DNA from: the human T2T-CHM13v2.0 reference genome, Homo sapiens
Direction: 5' to 3' (one strand)
Assembly: GCF_009914755.1 (NCBI RefSeq)
Contig: NC_060926.1
Length of the DNA: 64,000 bases
The position numbers and the translations under genes are program-made. Under the pieces are notes generated by a model, which did not search any database, had not been told where the DNA came from, and was given only the letters and a program-made list of their open reading frames with translations. Shown here one piece after another: positions 27,737 to 40,231 of this stretch. Positions within the stretch are counted from its first letter, which is position 1, and every line of letters begins with the position of its first letter.

Positions 27737-28090
27737 TGCTATAGACCAAATGTTTTTCTCTCCTAAATTTATAGGTGGAAATTCTGGTCCCCAATGTGGT
27801 GGTAAGAGGAGGTGCGGCCTATGGGAGATGGTTGGGTCACAAAGGTGGAGTTCTCATATTTAAGATTAATGCCTTTATGAAAGGGATCTCAGAAAGCTCC
27901 ATCTCTGTTTTCCATGACATGAGGACCTAGTGAGAAGATGGTCATCTGAAACCCAGAAAGTGGCCCTCACTTACATCATACCATGCTGGCACCCTCATCT
28001 CAGCCTTCCAGATTCTAGATCTTTGGGAAACAAATGTCTGCTCTTCAGTTTATGGCACTTTTTTAATAACAGCCTGAACACACTGAGATA
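27737..28090 (+). mobile_element. MaLR solo LTR, MLT1A-like
   Basis: tgctatag...tccccaatgtggtggt...gagaagatggtcatctg...tgctggcaccctcatctcagccttccag...cagcctgaac. Confidence 0.85.
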
Positions 28091-30080
28091 ACAAAGTCCC
28101 TGGGAAAACTGGCTGAGATATTGTGCATGATGGCATTGGGGGCTAAGTGATAGGAAATAGTAAAAATTGCTCCTAAGTTGCAGCACCAAGGGACCAAAGG
28201 AGAACTTGTAACTAAGGCCAAGAGCAGAACTGAGTGTAATCCTGAGGATTTGGTGGCTTCAGCTGTGTAAGGGGCTTCCTGATGTCAGAGTGGTAGGGCG
28301 TCATTCTCTCTTAGCAGCCTGGACACGGATTCCTGATTCTCTTTCTTTCACCAAATAGTCTTCCTACAGTAAGCTTCTAGGTGTAGAGAACCTACCAAGA
28401 TCATAATGTGTCTTCCCTTTCTGGGCTCTAAAAGATACTTAGAGGCGCTTTTTTTTTCTTTCTTTCTTTTTTTATTTTAAAGGTGATGATCACAATGGGA
28501 AAAGAGCAGGTTATTAAAAAATGAACTATTTGAGAGAAAATAATTTCTACAGGAGACCATACTCTTTCTGCCAATCCTATGTCCTTCATTCTCAGACAGC
28601 TGGATCATTAGATGAGCCCTACTGGTTGACAAGTGTTGGTTTCATGTTAAGCCATTCTTCCAGCCCAAGTAGAGAAATGATTGTCCTCCTCATCCATTCT
28701 ACTTCTGTTTTTCTGAGTCCCACTTGCTACTAACCAGATGCATGTAAACCTGAACTTCACTTTCTGTGTGGCCTTGCATGACCTCAAGGAAAGGTAAAAT
28801 TTTGCTCTGTGTGGGCATTCAGTGCTCCTTTATCATAGTATCTCTCCCGTTGTGCTATATTATGAACTCCAGGAACAGACTGGCCAGGTTCAAAGTATTT
28901 CCACCACTTGCCACTGTGGGAGCCTGGGGTCAATACTCAGCAAACAAGAATTAGAATCAGATAGGTGATGATTGTAGAAATGACAGTTGAGTGATTTCAG
29001 TGACTGACTTCTTTGAGGTAAGTTTTCTCACCTGTCAAAGGTGGGCAATATCAAATTATTGCTTAGTGTTTTATTGTAGATTAACTGACTTCAACTTACA
29101 TAGGACACTAAGCACATGGTGAGAGCTCAATACATATAAGAGATTACTCTGTCTGTATCTGATAAGTCTCTATTGGATTGTGAAGTATCTATCCCTGATA
29201 CAGTGCTTCGCATAGAAAAGTTGTTAATGCACTTTTTAATTAAATTGCCCCTACTTTCCCATTTTGTATGTTGACCCAACCGTAGATTGGGATCACCAAC
29301 TGTTTTTTTCCTACTCTGGTCACAGATTCTCACCTGAATCACAGTTCTTTTTAGAGTCCTAATGCCAACTGGGTTTTGCTTGGCTTGTTCTCTCACTCAA
29401 AACCTTCATTTCTCCATAGTCCCAGATCCTTTTTTAGATCCATAAAATCAAATAAGCCGTATGCTTTTTTCTATGACAGGATGTGGTTTAAAAAAACAGG
29501 TTTCATGAAATGCATATCAGATCACATGATTTCTGTAAGCACTGTGAGGTTTGAGTTTATTTTATGTAAGGTTCTCATTGCTGTTGTCATTTTACACTTT
29601 GTCACATTATAAGACAGGGTAGTGTTGCTGGTATTGAGATATCCTTCACTCATCAGAATAGTCAACCTCTTTTTTAAAAAATCTGAAAAAAATTACTAGT
29701 TCAGTCACTGAAATCTCTCAGCCATAATTTCTCCAGTCACCACCTGTCTGGTTCTAACTCCTGTTTGCTGACTGGGTCTTTTTGTATCAACACTTCTGGA
29801 ATTGGAAAGAGGTATTTATTGCTTCTCAGTCACTTAGGCAAGAGCTTGATTTTGAGCCCACGTTTGCAGTAGACATAGTTCTTCCGATCCTAGCGTACTT
29901 CTGGCTAACTTCTCCTTCTTGGTAGCCCCATGTTGCTGGTAACCCAAATGTTGTCCATGCAGAGTAGCTGGACAGAGGTTCAAACTGAAGCTGCTTCCAA
30001 GATGATGTTAAGAATTCAGCAGCAACATTTTATGTAGTTCTCAAGTAGACTTGTGTGGATGTGCCCCAGGGCCTCTAAAG

Positions 30081-30539
30081 TGTGAAAGGAAAATAAAAAC
30101 CTGGGGTGCCAATTCACTATGCCAAAAGAAAAAAAATTAAGTTGAAAGCTGAATCATGCAAGAAACTGCCTTTTCTTGTACCTGAGCAGATGGCTACAGA
30201 TAAAGCTACAGATAAAACAGATAGCTACAGATAAAGGCTAAATATCTCCGTAGGTGAACATAGGTTCACCTTATCTTGTATAAAGTGCCAATTTACTGAG
30301 CATAAATACATAATTGACTATCCCTCTACCTGCTCCTCTTCTCTTGCAAATTGTGGATCACTATTCCCTCCTTCTTTCCTCTTTAAATTTTGAGGCCCTT
30401 GAAATCGTATCTGGAAAAACGCTCAGACCACAGACTGTTTTGCTGATTCCATGTTCATTTTTTTCAGGTATGAGATTAGCTTTGGTAAAATACATTTCGA
30501 TATGGATTGAGACCTGTCTCTAATACTTTTTGGTTTACA
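30081..30539 (+). mobile_element. 5' LTR (MER4, MER4C-like)
   Basis: tgtgaaaggaaaataaaa...gagacctgtctc...tttggtttaca. Confidence 0.9.
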
Positions 30540-31049
30540 AATTGGTGACCAATGGAAGGGACTCTGAGTGGAAGTGGCCCTGACGTTTGACAAATCTCCT
30601 GTTGGTGTTTGGTACCAGCTTGGGCTATCTTCATTCCTCAAATCTATACAATAATTCACTGAGGTCCAGAAGCTCACACCTCCAGAAAAATCCTTGATCT
30701 CTCAAAATTTCGTTATGATCTAAGGTTTATGTTGCTGTGTAACTCCTTTTCTGGAGTTGTACTCGTTTCTGACAAAGAAGGCTGATTTTCCTGCTTCCAT
30801 GGCAATGGAAATGCTTTGTCTTGGAAATGCTCCTTAATGACTGAATGGTAAGATTAATATCTATCTGGTCTTAATTTCTCTTTATCATTTGAGTACTCTG
30901 TAATTCTTTTGCTTGGTTTTGTATTGCTAGTGTTTCAGTCTTTCTCCCATCAGATTTCACCAACTCTACCTGACTTGGTCACATCTGAATGAGAATTCCA
31001 AATTATGGGGAACAAGGTCTCTGAATCGGTTAAAATTCCTCTCAGCTGC

Positions 31050-31166
31050 AAAGAAGAAGAAGAAGATGAAGAGAAAGAAGAAGAAGAAGAGGAAGAGGAA
31101 GAAGAGGACGAGGAAGAGGAGGAAGAGGAAGAGGAAGAAGAAGAAGAAGAAGAAGAAGAAGAAAAG
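31050..31166 (+). repeat. (GAA/GAG)n purine tract inside the provirus
   Basis: Nearly pure A/G triplet run, giving the poly-Glu ORF 31005-31298. Confidence 0.95.
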
Positions 31167-34100
31167 ACCTATGCCCTTGGCCTACTTTCTTCTTTAAAAA
31201 TTATTCTTTCATTCACTGTTCTTCCACCTTATGCCTCCTTCCCCTTTTGCCATCTTTGGTACCAAGTAAAAAAGCTTTTAATGACTTGGACCCCTTAAAA
31301 AACTCAGAAGAAAGGTACCACTTGCTCATTTTTGGAGTGATCTGCTTTCTTTGTGGAGTTTCAGGAGGCATGGGCAGATTCTTCTTAGTTCTAAAGCTCT
31401 TCTTTCTTGTTTTGCATCACCTGACTTCCTTGGCTTTGCGGGTACCAGATATTTCCTTGTACTGTGAGAGGATTTAACCTTAGCGTGTGTAATGGCAGAC
31501 AAGGGCTACAATTTTAGGGGTGGCTGAGGACAGTTTATAGGAAATAGTAATTACTACAGAAGGCTACTTGTTTCTTTGGGCATTTAAATAAGAAAATAGT
31601 GTATGCTTTCCTGGCCGTGTTCCTTAAAGGGCTGCACCCTAAAGTGAGTAATCTAATCAAGCTGTATTGGAAATACCACCTATCAAACTAAGTCACTTAA
31701 ATAAAACTCTTTGTAAAGGAAATTTACATCTTTAAAGGAAATCTCCATTTTGTAAAGGCATGCCTGTCTCTGAACCTAATCACTAGAAACTTTAACTGGG
31801 TAGAAGTCAGTGGTTTAAAGTTTACATAACAGACTATGCCTTTGTTTAGATCTAAATCTGTACCATAGAGATGTACATTTTCTACCTTACTTCAACTGAG
31901 TCATATTTTTGGAGACGCAAATGTAGAGTTGCCTAATTAACAATTGTTCAGGATATGGAACAGATAACCAAGAGATTAATAGTCTAAAGTAAGGAAGAGA
32001 AAATATTTGAAAATTGGCAAAGAAAAAATTTTAAATATGTAAGAGCTGCCTCTGTCTTATTCTGTTCTGTGTATATGTTTACATGTCTCATATGGAAATA
32101 ATATTTCTCTACCAGTTCTACGAAAGAGCTCTAACTAGTTAGCTTAAAGAAAAGTAAGCCTTTATCAGACTAATAGAAGCTGGCTCAGAGGCCTTTCAAT
32201 TCATATAACATAACATTAGTAATCTTTGGTATGATTAATTTGATAAATTTAGTCTCAAAAATCTTTCCAGCAATCTAAAATCTTAAAATAATCTTATGTT
32301 AAATTAAGTAATCCTAGGTTTTTCACTGGCAATTGGCATCACTAAGAGAATAGTAGGAGTGTAAGATGTCTTTTTAGTGATGTTTATACAAAACATAAAG
32401 AAGTAGTATTTCATTATACATTATTTTTCCTAGTTTAGAGGACCTTTCTACTGGTGTTGAGTTAAAACCCACTGTTTGCATCCAACCATTTTCTTATAAA
32501 CTGGTGAGTTTGTGTTAATGCCTCATGGCTAGAGTTCCAAAGCAAAAGCTATGGGATCTTTATTTGTATGAGTGTGTATGTGTGCTTAGTTGTGTTTATA
32601 TGCATGTACATGTGTTTTGTTATTTGTTGTGGCACAAGGTACCAAATTGGCTTAAAAATAAAGGGGTACTCATAAATTAAGTAAATATACTCAAATGCTT
32701 TTTAAATTCATGTGACTTAAGTAAAATTTTAATAAATAAGCTGGTTTTAAAAGTATCGGTAAAATAAAGTTATAAGTGTCTTCAGAATTTTCAACATACA
32801 TTATTGTTTAGATTTATTGCTCAAAAAATTTTATATTTATCTCTACATTTGTGAGATATGAGACAGCTATTAAAACTACTCAACACCTCTAATTTCAGGA
32901 ACTATCACAGAAGAGGTGGGAGTGAGAGATTGTAAGGGCCAATACTGAGAGATAAAATTAGTTCAGAGTTTCTCTATAAATTAAACATTAATACCAAGGG
33001 CACACTGATGCAAGACCAGCATCTGAGCCCCTGTGTCAGATTAATAAGGTTTTCTTGGAGAATCAACCACTCTTTAATTTAAAAAATAATTGTAAGAGTT
33101 TATTAAAAGGTTTACAGAAATTTTATCTTGTGGCCAAAATAATTAAAATTTAATAGATTTGTTTATAAAATTTGAGAGACAGATAAATTGGCCTTATGCT
33201 GTCTTTCTTAGGACTTACTATTTAGGAAAGTAAGTTTCCTCTATCAAAAAACAAAAGTTTTTGGCTTTTTTAAATCTTTGAGTCATCACTTTGGCTAAAT
33301 GAATGACTTATTTTACAGTGACCTGTGATCCTGTTTTGGGATATCAAGTGTTTTAAACTTATAATATTTGACAAACTTTCCAAAATCAGATTCCAAATTC
33401 AATCTTTTTGACTTCATTAATTTTTTGATATTATGTCCCCTTAAGTTCAAATGAGACATATTTGGCTTATTTGGTCTAATAAAATCATACAGGAGGCATT
33501 GTCAAGTATGAAATTGTGTTTAACCTTCTTTGGACTATATATAACTGTGTTACTAATATGTGTTCCAAAATTTTATGAGATTTCTGTGATTCTAATATAT
33601 CTTAGTATATGCCACCAATAGTAATTATGACTATATTATGGTTATTATGTAAAATTGTTGAATGCAAAAGAAATAACCTAATTTCCATGTCAGTTGTGTC
33701 TTTAACCATGGCTGTTCTAAGATTTTTGTCATCCACAATTGTTATTTTACTTTGATCCTTTTGTAGGGCAGTTTATAATCAGCTACAGAATTCTGAGGAG
33801 TATTCTTAACTATAGATTTCTGATCAATTTAGGGATGTGCCATTGGAACAGAGACAGGAACTTTCAAGACTCTTATGGGGAGCTGACATATTCATAAGGT
33901 TTGCTGACTCAATATCAAGCAGAACAGGAGTTAATTGCATGAACTGAACTAATAGAAGTGAAAAATAATCTTTTATGACTTTTTGTTTAAAACATTTGCT
34001 GATTCTTTTGTTTAGTTTTTCAATCAAGAAAACTTTCTCTTTTAAGCCATTTACAACTTTTAACAATTGATTAAAGTATACTCTTATGAGCAAAATTTGA

Positions 34101-35298
34101 AAATACCTCCTTTATCTCAAGTAAATTTCTCCAAAATTTGAAAGTATTTTGTGAATATTCTTAGTTTATGACAAGTTATTTATTTTCATAAGTTAAATAA
34201 GAATCTGTTTTCATTTATAACAGGGCATAATTGGAGACACTGGTTATTTCACTAAGACTTTGATTGGAAAGACATTTTCAAAAGATTGCCTTGAGAAAAT
34301 GAGGCTGACCTATAGAGCTGATTAAAGTCCCTTGGAAAAACTGGCCCTATACCTTGTCCTTTACAGGGTCCTGACCTGTGGTAATAAAGAATGTCACTTT
34401 CTGACAGTCCCAGGAAGCCTAAGTTTTCTTGGACCTTGAAAAGAGATGAATTCACTCAATTCACACAATTATCTGCAGGCACAGATAAATCCTTAGCTGT
34501 GCTAATGGCTTTTAAAAAGTACTAGTCTTAGATTCCTTGTGTAACAGATTCCTGCAAAGCCAATTTAAAGAGAGAGAGAGAGAGAGACTATATGGCAAAT
34601 GATTATTTTTGGTTTATGCAAATAATCAAGCCAAGGACTAAAACTTATTTTACAAATAAATTGGCCCTAATATGACTTTGTCTTTAATAAAATTGGAGAA
34701 TCGGAGAAAGAAAAAATTGTGTTTCAAAATAAATTGTAGAACACCTGTTATTACATTGTAGCCTTGCCTAATTTTTTTTCTTCAATTTTAACTATTTTCT
34801 ACAATTTGAACTGAACTCTGAATTTTTTCCTGGCTACAAGTCTCAGATAATATATTGATTATTTTCTTCTTTCTTTTTCTCATTTTCCCTGATTTGAAAT
34901 CACTAAAAGTAAGCCATACTTTTCTTAAAGTCTTGCAAACTGAAGCTAGACAACTTAGGCTTTGGAAGAAAATAATAGCAACTTATTTATATACGTAAAT
35001 CATTTTCATACCTGCCTACTGATATATGAACTTCAGAGTCCTGTGGCCTATCTCAGTTTTCCAGGATTGTTCTCCCTTTGTGCTTATTGTTTTCTTTCTC
35101 TTTCCTTCCACTTTTTTTTTCTTTTTGGGATGTGAGGCTTCACAACCTACTAAAAACGAGCTTTCCGAACAACGTGAGACCTCTCTGTCTAGGAATAAAC
35201 CATCCTAGCCATGAGAAATCAGACAAAACCCGAGACCAGAGACTTGTTTTCTTCTAAAACGCTTTCTCTGAAAGACTTTGGAAAGAAAAGGGGTGAAA

Positions 35299-35741
35299 TG
35301 CGAAAGGAAAATACAAAGTCAAGACCCCAATTTACTATGTCAAAAGGAAAAAATAAATAAACTGAAAACAGAGTCATGCAAGAAGCTGCCTTCCTTTTTG
35401 TTCCTAAGCAGGTAGCTACAGATAAAAGGTTAAATGTCTTCACAGGTAGCTACTCAAGTTTACCTTATCTTCTGTAAAGTGTTGATTTACTGAGTGTGAC
35501 ACAAACATGTACTCAGCTCTTCCCCTGCCTACTCCCTTTCTCTTGCAACATGTGAATTACATACCCTTCCTCTTTCTTTCAGTCCATGTTTCCCCCTTAA
35601 ATATCAAACCCTGCAAAGTCATCTTTGGAGAAAGGCACAGATCTGTGATTCCGTGTTTATTTCTCCCAGGTGTGTGCTTAACCTTGGCAAAATAAACTTC
35701 TAAATTGATTGAGACTTGTCTCAGATACATTTTGGTTTACA
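35299..35741 (+). mobile_element. 3' LTR (MER4, MER4C-like)
   Basis: tgcgaaaggaaaatac...aaaataaac...gagacttgtctcagatacattttggtttaca. Confidence 0.9.
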
Positions 35742-36624
35742 AAAGAGACTAGAGCTAGTGTATACTTGGATGCTTTGTTACAGTCCCCTTATGTTTGTCT
35801 TCCCCTAAGAAGTTTTAGTAGTATTTCCAGAAACAATGTATGCAATGTATGTGTTTCTTTTGCTTCCTTCTTTTATTCTGTCATAAATATATGTGGCTTC
35901 TTTATGCAAATCATTTTTTTCTCAGCAATATAATTTTTTAAATCATTATTTGTACTTTTCATATGTTCAGTTATGTGAGACATAGAAAGTAAAACCTAAT
36001 AATGCCAAACAGAAGTGTTATTTGCCAAAGAGAAACAGGATTACGCTGCTCACTACAGAGCAGCCTGTGGAAAGAAGCAAAAGGTGCTTATTAAATAATA
36101 ATGCAAAGAGTTGGCTAAAACACGCATGCATTTGTCGGTAAATGAAGATATTAAAGGTTATGATAAATAGCCATTTGTTTGTATAGAATTATTCATGTGC
36201 AGAGAAGAAATACAATAAACATAGAGTGACAAACAGAGAGTTAAAGATGTCAGCATGGTTTAGCCAATGAAGATAAAATTCAGTGATTTCACGTTGTGGT
36301 GAGCATCAGTAGATTGGAACATCCACATAATTTAAATTGGTTTCTGGCAGAAGCGAAAAACAAAATGTTTACTGCCAAGCAGTGTTTGTTGCGAAGGACA
36401 GAGTATGTTCCTAAAATCCACCATGTACTGTTTCCTCATGTGTCATTGGACATAGTGACGTGTAGCTCCAAGTCCTGCTCTGCGGATTAAATGAGAAACA
36501 GGTATGCCATGTGTTTAGGACATAGGAAGTGCCCTCTAGGTGTTAATTTTCTCCACATCATCATGCCAGAATTGATTTTTGGTTACAATAAGGCTGACCA
36601 ACCCTCTCAAAATATGTTTGAGTC

Positions 36625-36830
36625 AGTGTAGTATAGTGGAAAGAATGCTTGATTCTATCACCTACTGTGTGACTGGCTGAGTGATCTTTGACATGTTTTA
36701 TAAAGCCTCTCTTACTTTTAGTTTCTTCATCTTTACATGGAGATTAGATACTTACTCTGACTTGCCATGAGAATTAACATTTAGGTAAATGAGACACCTG
36801 GTAGAGTATCTGGAACTTGGTGGCAGCATT
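36625..36830 (+). mobile_element. MIR SINE
   Basis: agtgtagtatagtggaaagaatgc...ggctgagtgatctttgaca...agtttcttcatct. Confidence 0.6.
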
Positions 36831-37589
36831 TTTTTATTGTTATGTTTATTGTGTTTACTATTTTTTTTCTCAAAATTGAAGATACTCCTTTTCACAGAAC
36901 ACATTCTGAGTACCAATGTTTTCTACACCCTAGAATGTTTGTAAAGCTAAAATAATATACAAAAACTACTAAACCATAAAAAAACGTTATGCCTGACTTG
37001 TAAGACAAAGATTTATATGTCACTCCAAGGTTCCCTCTTTCTTTGTGCTCAGGAAGTAACTAGCTATCCTTTGGCAGAAACCACTCCTTCCCCAAATTCC
37101 ATGACTCCCAAACCCTAATAGTTTTTATTACTGGCCCGTGTTAAAAACGCTTAAACTTTTTTTTTTTTTTTCAAAATCTGCTCTGCAGTGGGAAGTCATA
37201 TCTTCTTCTTCACCAGAAGAAATTTAAGTGAGATGGATAATAGACAATAGACCTAATGGTGCCATACATCCCCAGTTCTGTTGAGACATTCTGGAGCCCT
37301 GCTCCTCATCTTTTGTCTTCAAAGTGCCCTACTTTTGTAGAGATGTGATGTTGTGCCCCACAAATATACAACACTGCAAACTTCAGCTCCACCACTAAGA
37401 ATCCCATCTGAAGTTACGATGAACCTGATGCATTCACAGGCATATGTGTGCTCATTTGTGTTCTCTTTATTCAATATAGTTCTCCACTCAATGTCTTTCT
37501 TGGCCTGTTTAATCTCTGCACTGCCCTCTATTCATAGTCAAGCATTTTTCCCACTTCAATGCACTCCAATAATAATTACTTGCCATAGT

Positions 37590-37790
37590 GCATTCACTTT
37601 ATAGAGTACATTCACATCTATGAATACATCTGGTCTTCACAGCAGCCTGTGAGTTTGGCAGAGTAAAAGTCATTTTCTCCTTTCTTGGAAGGAGAAACTG
37701 AATCTCAGTGATGTCAGATACTTGTTTTTCAAGGTTAAACAGCTATTAGATGTTTGGGTTAGATTTTAAGCATAGGTCTTACCTGCATCT
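37590..37790 (-). mobile_element. MIR SINE
   Basis: tcttcacagcagcctgtgag...ggagaaactgaatctcag...caaggttaaacagcta. Confidence 0.55.
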
Positions 37791-38169
37791 TTATTCTAAA
37801 ATATATAGTTTTAAAAATTTCCCTTATTTCTACTATTTGAGGAAATTTATTCACTATAATTTTTCTCCAGAGCTGAAATATTGGTTTTGGTTTATACATT
37901 TAATAACTTACTTTATATTATGTGTAACTTAGGGTTTCATTCACTCATAGGTTCAATCAGTCATCCATTCTTTTGCTACATATTTATCAAGTACATAGAG
38001 AGGGCTGGTAGAAAATCAGTCACAAAAGACCTTAACAACCCTCAAGTGAGAAACATTACAAAGTCACCATGAGAATTAGGATTACATAAAAAATAACCAA
38101 TCATCAATCTAACTATAGTTTCAAATATTGATATACAATGTGGGAGCTGTTAAATTTAGAATTCTCGTG

Positions 38170-38862
38170 CACAAGAGATTTCTTCTACCCATTTATTTAT
38201 TTGCTTGTTTACTTAATATGAACTCATGGATATTTATTTTATACTTTGGGTAATAATCCATCACTTGTTCATTTATTTTATTCTGCAGGGTTTTCAACTT
38301 TGTCCTTTGGGAGCTTTTTCAGTTGGCTTCTGTGTCCCTTTGACATACATCCTTGTGGATTTTTTTTGTGAGCACCTTTTTTTCTTTTCACTTCTGTCAC
38401 TACAAAATTTTCCAGGTTCATCTTGTAAATTTCTTGCCCAGTGCTAAACTCAGTCATTTCTCCAAAGAACCCTGGTTCAATTTGTTGAAGAATAGTATTA
38501 GAAACCAGGATCTTGCTCTGAGGTATGCTTATTGTGATTGAGGTGTCATTGCTTTTAGACACTCACCACTGACACAAATAGGAAATATATGTGTGTATAC
38601 TAACCTGTGTATATTCACACATATCTTTAAATATTTCTTCACCTAACCATCTGTATCTCTATTAAGCTAAACATAATGTTTGACTCCAGCACACTGTTTA
38701 ATTTGAATCATATAGTAGGTAGCTTCTTTCATACAGACTTGCTTCTTTCATTCACTTAACAACATACATTTAAGATTTGTCCATGTCTTCTTGTGCCTTA
38801 TTGCACATTTCTTTTTATTATGTGCAGGGTTTTGTGTGAACAAAACTTTTCAAATCAATTGA
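38170..38862 (-). mobile_element. Old L1M 3' fragment (L1MC/MD-like)
   Basis: aactcatggatatttattttatactttggg...agttggcttctgtgtccctttgacat...tagtattagaaaccaggatct. Confidence 0.65.
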
Positions 38863-38867
38863 GTAGT

Positions 38868-39305
38868 TGTATTAGCTTCCTAGTTCTGCTGTAACAGATG
38901 ACCACAAATTGCAGTGCCTTAAAACAAGCAAGTTTATTCTCTTGTAGTTCTGGAGGCTAAGTCCAGAATTAGGGTGCTGGCAGGTTTGGTTCCTATTGGA
39001 CAGCCTGATGGAGGACCTGTCCTGTGCTTCCCTCCAACCATCTCGTGGTTGTTCTCACTCCTTGACATTCCTTGGCTTACAAACTCATCACTCCAACCTC
39101 TGCCTCTGTCTTGATGTTCTGTCCTGTGTCTCTCTTCTCCTCTTCATGTAAGTGCTGAGTCATATGGAATTCAAGACCCATCATACTGCAGTATGAGCTC
39201 ATTTTAACTAATTGCATTTGCAATGACCCCATTTCCAAATAAAGTCACATTCTAAGGTTTTGGGAAGGACATAAGTTTTGGGGAGACACTTTTCAACTCA
39301 GTACA
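38868..39305 (-). mobile_element. MaLR solo LTR, MLT1C/D-like
   Basis: tgtattagcttcctag...ttcaactcagtaca with a perfect 5-bp TSD gtagt (38863-38867, 39306-39310). Confidence 0.9.
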
Positions 39306-39871
39306 GTAGTTATGCTTTTTTTTTTAACACCATAAAATGTAGTCAACATACTTATACACTACACAACACAGATGTGGTAAGACTCTGACAGTCACACAGA
39401 ATTTTTCTTCAGGAGGGAACTGTCAAAACAAAACAAAAAATGTGGTTTTTTAGAATAACGGTTTGTGTTCTGCTCTAGTTGGATAAATTTATATTTCTCT
39501 TTAGTCTCCTTAGTGAATCCGCAGTTGTTCTGTATCCAGCCTGCACACTTACTATTTATGTAATCTTGAGTGAATGACTTAAATTCCTCTTTGTATTCAT
39601 ATTTTCTCATCTCTAAAGTGGAATTACTAATGATAGCCTCTTTCTGTAGAAGAAATCAAGACGTTGTGGGCTGGATGCCCTAACAGAAACAAAACTATTG
39701 GAAATGGAAACAAAGATAGGGAAAAGTAAACATTTTCTCAGTTGATGAAGAACACAATGTTTTCATTTGATTGTAGATATAAAAAGGGAATACCCCCACC
39801 CCCAGCTGATGTGCTGGCTCCTGCATACAGTGGGCTTTGATGAGTCTGGGGAGCTGACTGTTGTTAGCTCC

Positions 39872-40231
39872 TGTCTTACTCCCTTTGGGTTGTTGTAGCA
39901 AAGTACCAGAGAGTAGGTGGTTTGTAGAGAACAAAAATTTACTCCTCACAGCTCTCAAAGCTGCAAGTCTGAGTTAAGGGTGCAAGCATGGCCGCGTTCT
40001 CGTGAGGGTCCTCTTCTGGGCTGCAGGTGGCCAACTTCATACTGTATCTTCACATAGGGAAAGAGGGTGAGCTAGCTCTCTGGCCTCATTTTATAAGGGC
40101 ACTTATTCCATTCATGGGGACCCCCCTCACGGCCTTGTTGCTCCCGAAGACCTAACCTCCTAATATCGTTCTATTGGGGTAGGCTACATTTCAACATATG
40201 AATTTTGGACACAAACCTTCAGTTTGTAACA
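39872..40231 (-). mobile_element. MaLR solo LTR, MLT1A-like
   Basis: tgtcttactcc...ttataagggcact...tttcaacatatgaatttt...gtaaca; TSD gctcc/gctcg. Confidence 0.88.

Larger units (their letters stand above)
30081..35741 (+). mobile_element. Two-LTR MER4-group ERV1 provirus with non-coding internal region
   Basis: Homologous LTRs at 30081-30539 and 35299-35741; PBS-like tggtgaccaatggaaggg at 30543; PPT at 35281-35298; 4-bp TSD aaag at 30077-30080 and 35742-35745. Confidence 0.92.

Noticed and set aside
36000-36500. Several CCAAT/ATTGG and TGCCAA motifs
   Set aside because: Short motifs with no CpG island or other promoter evidence.
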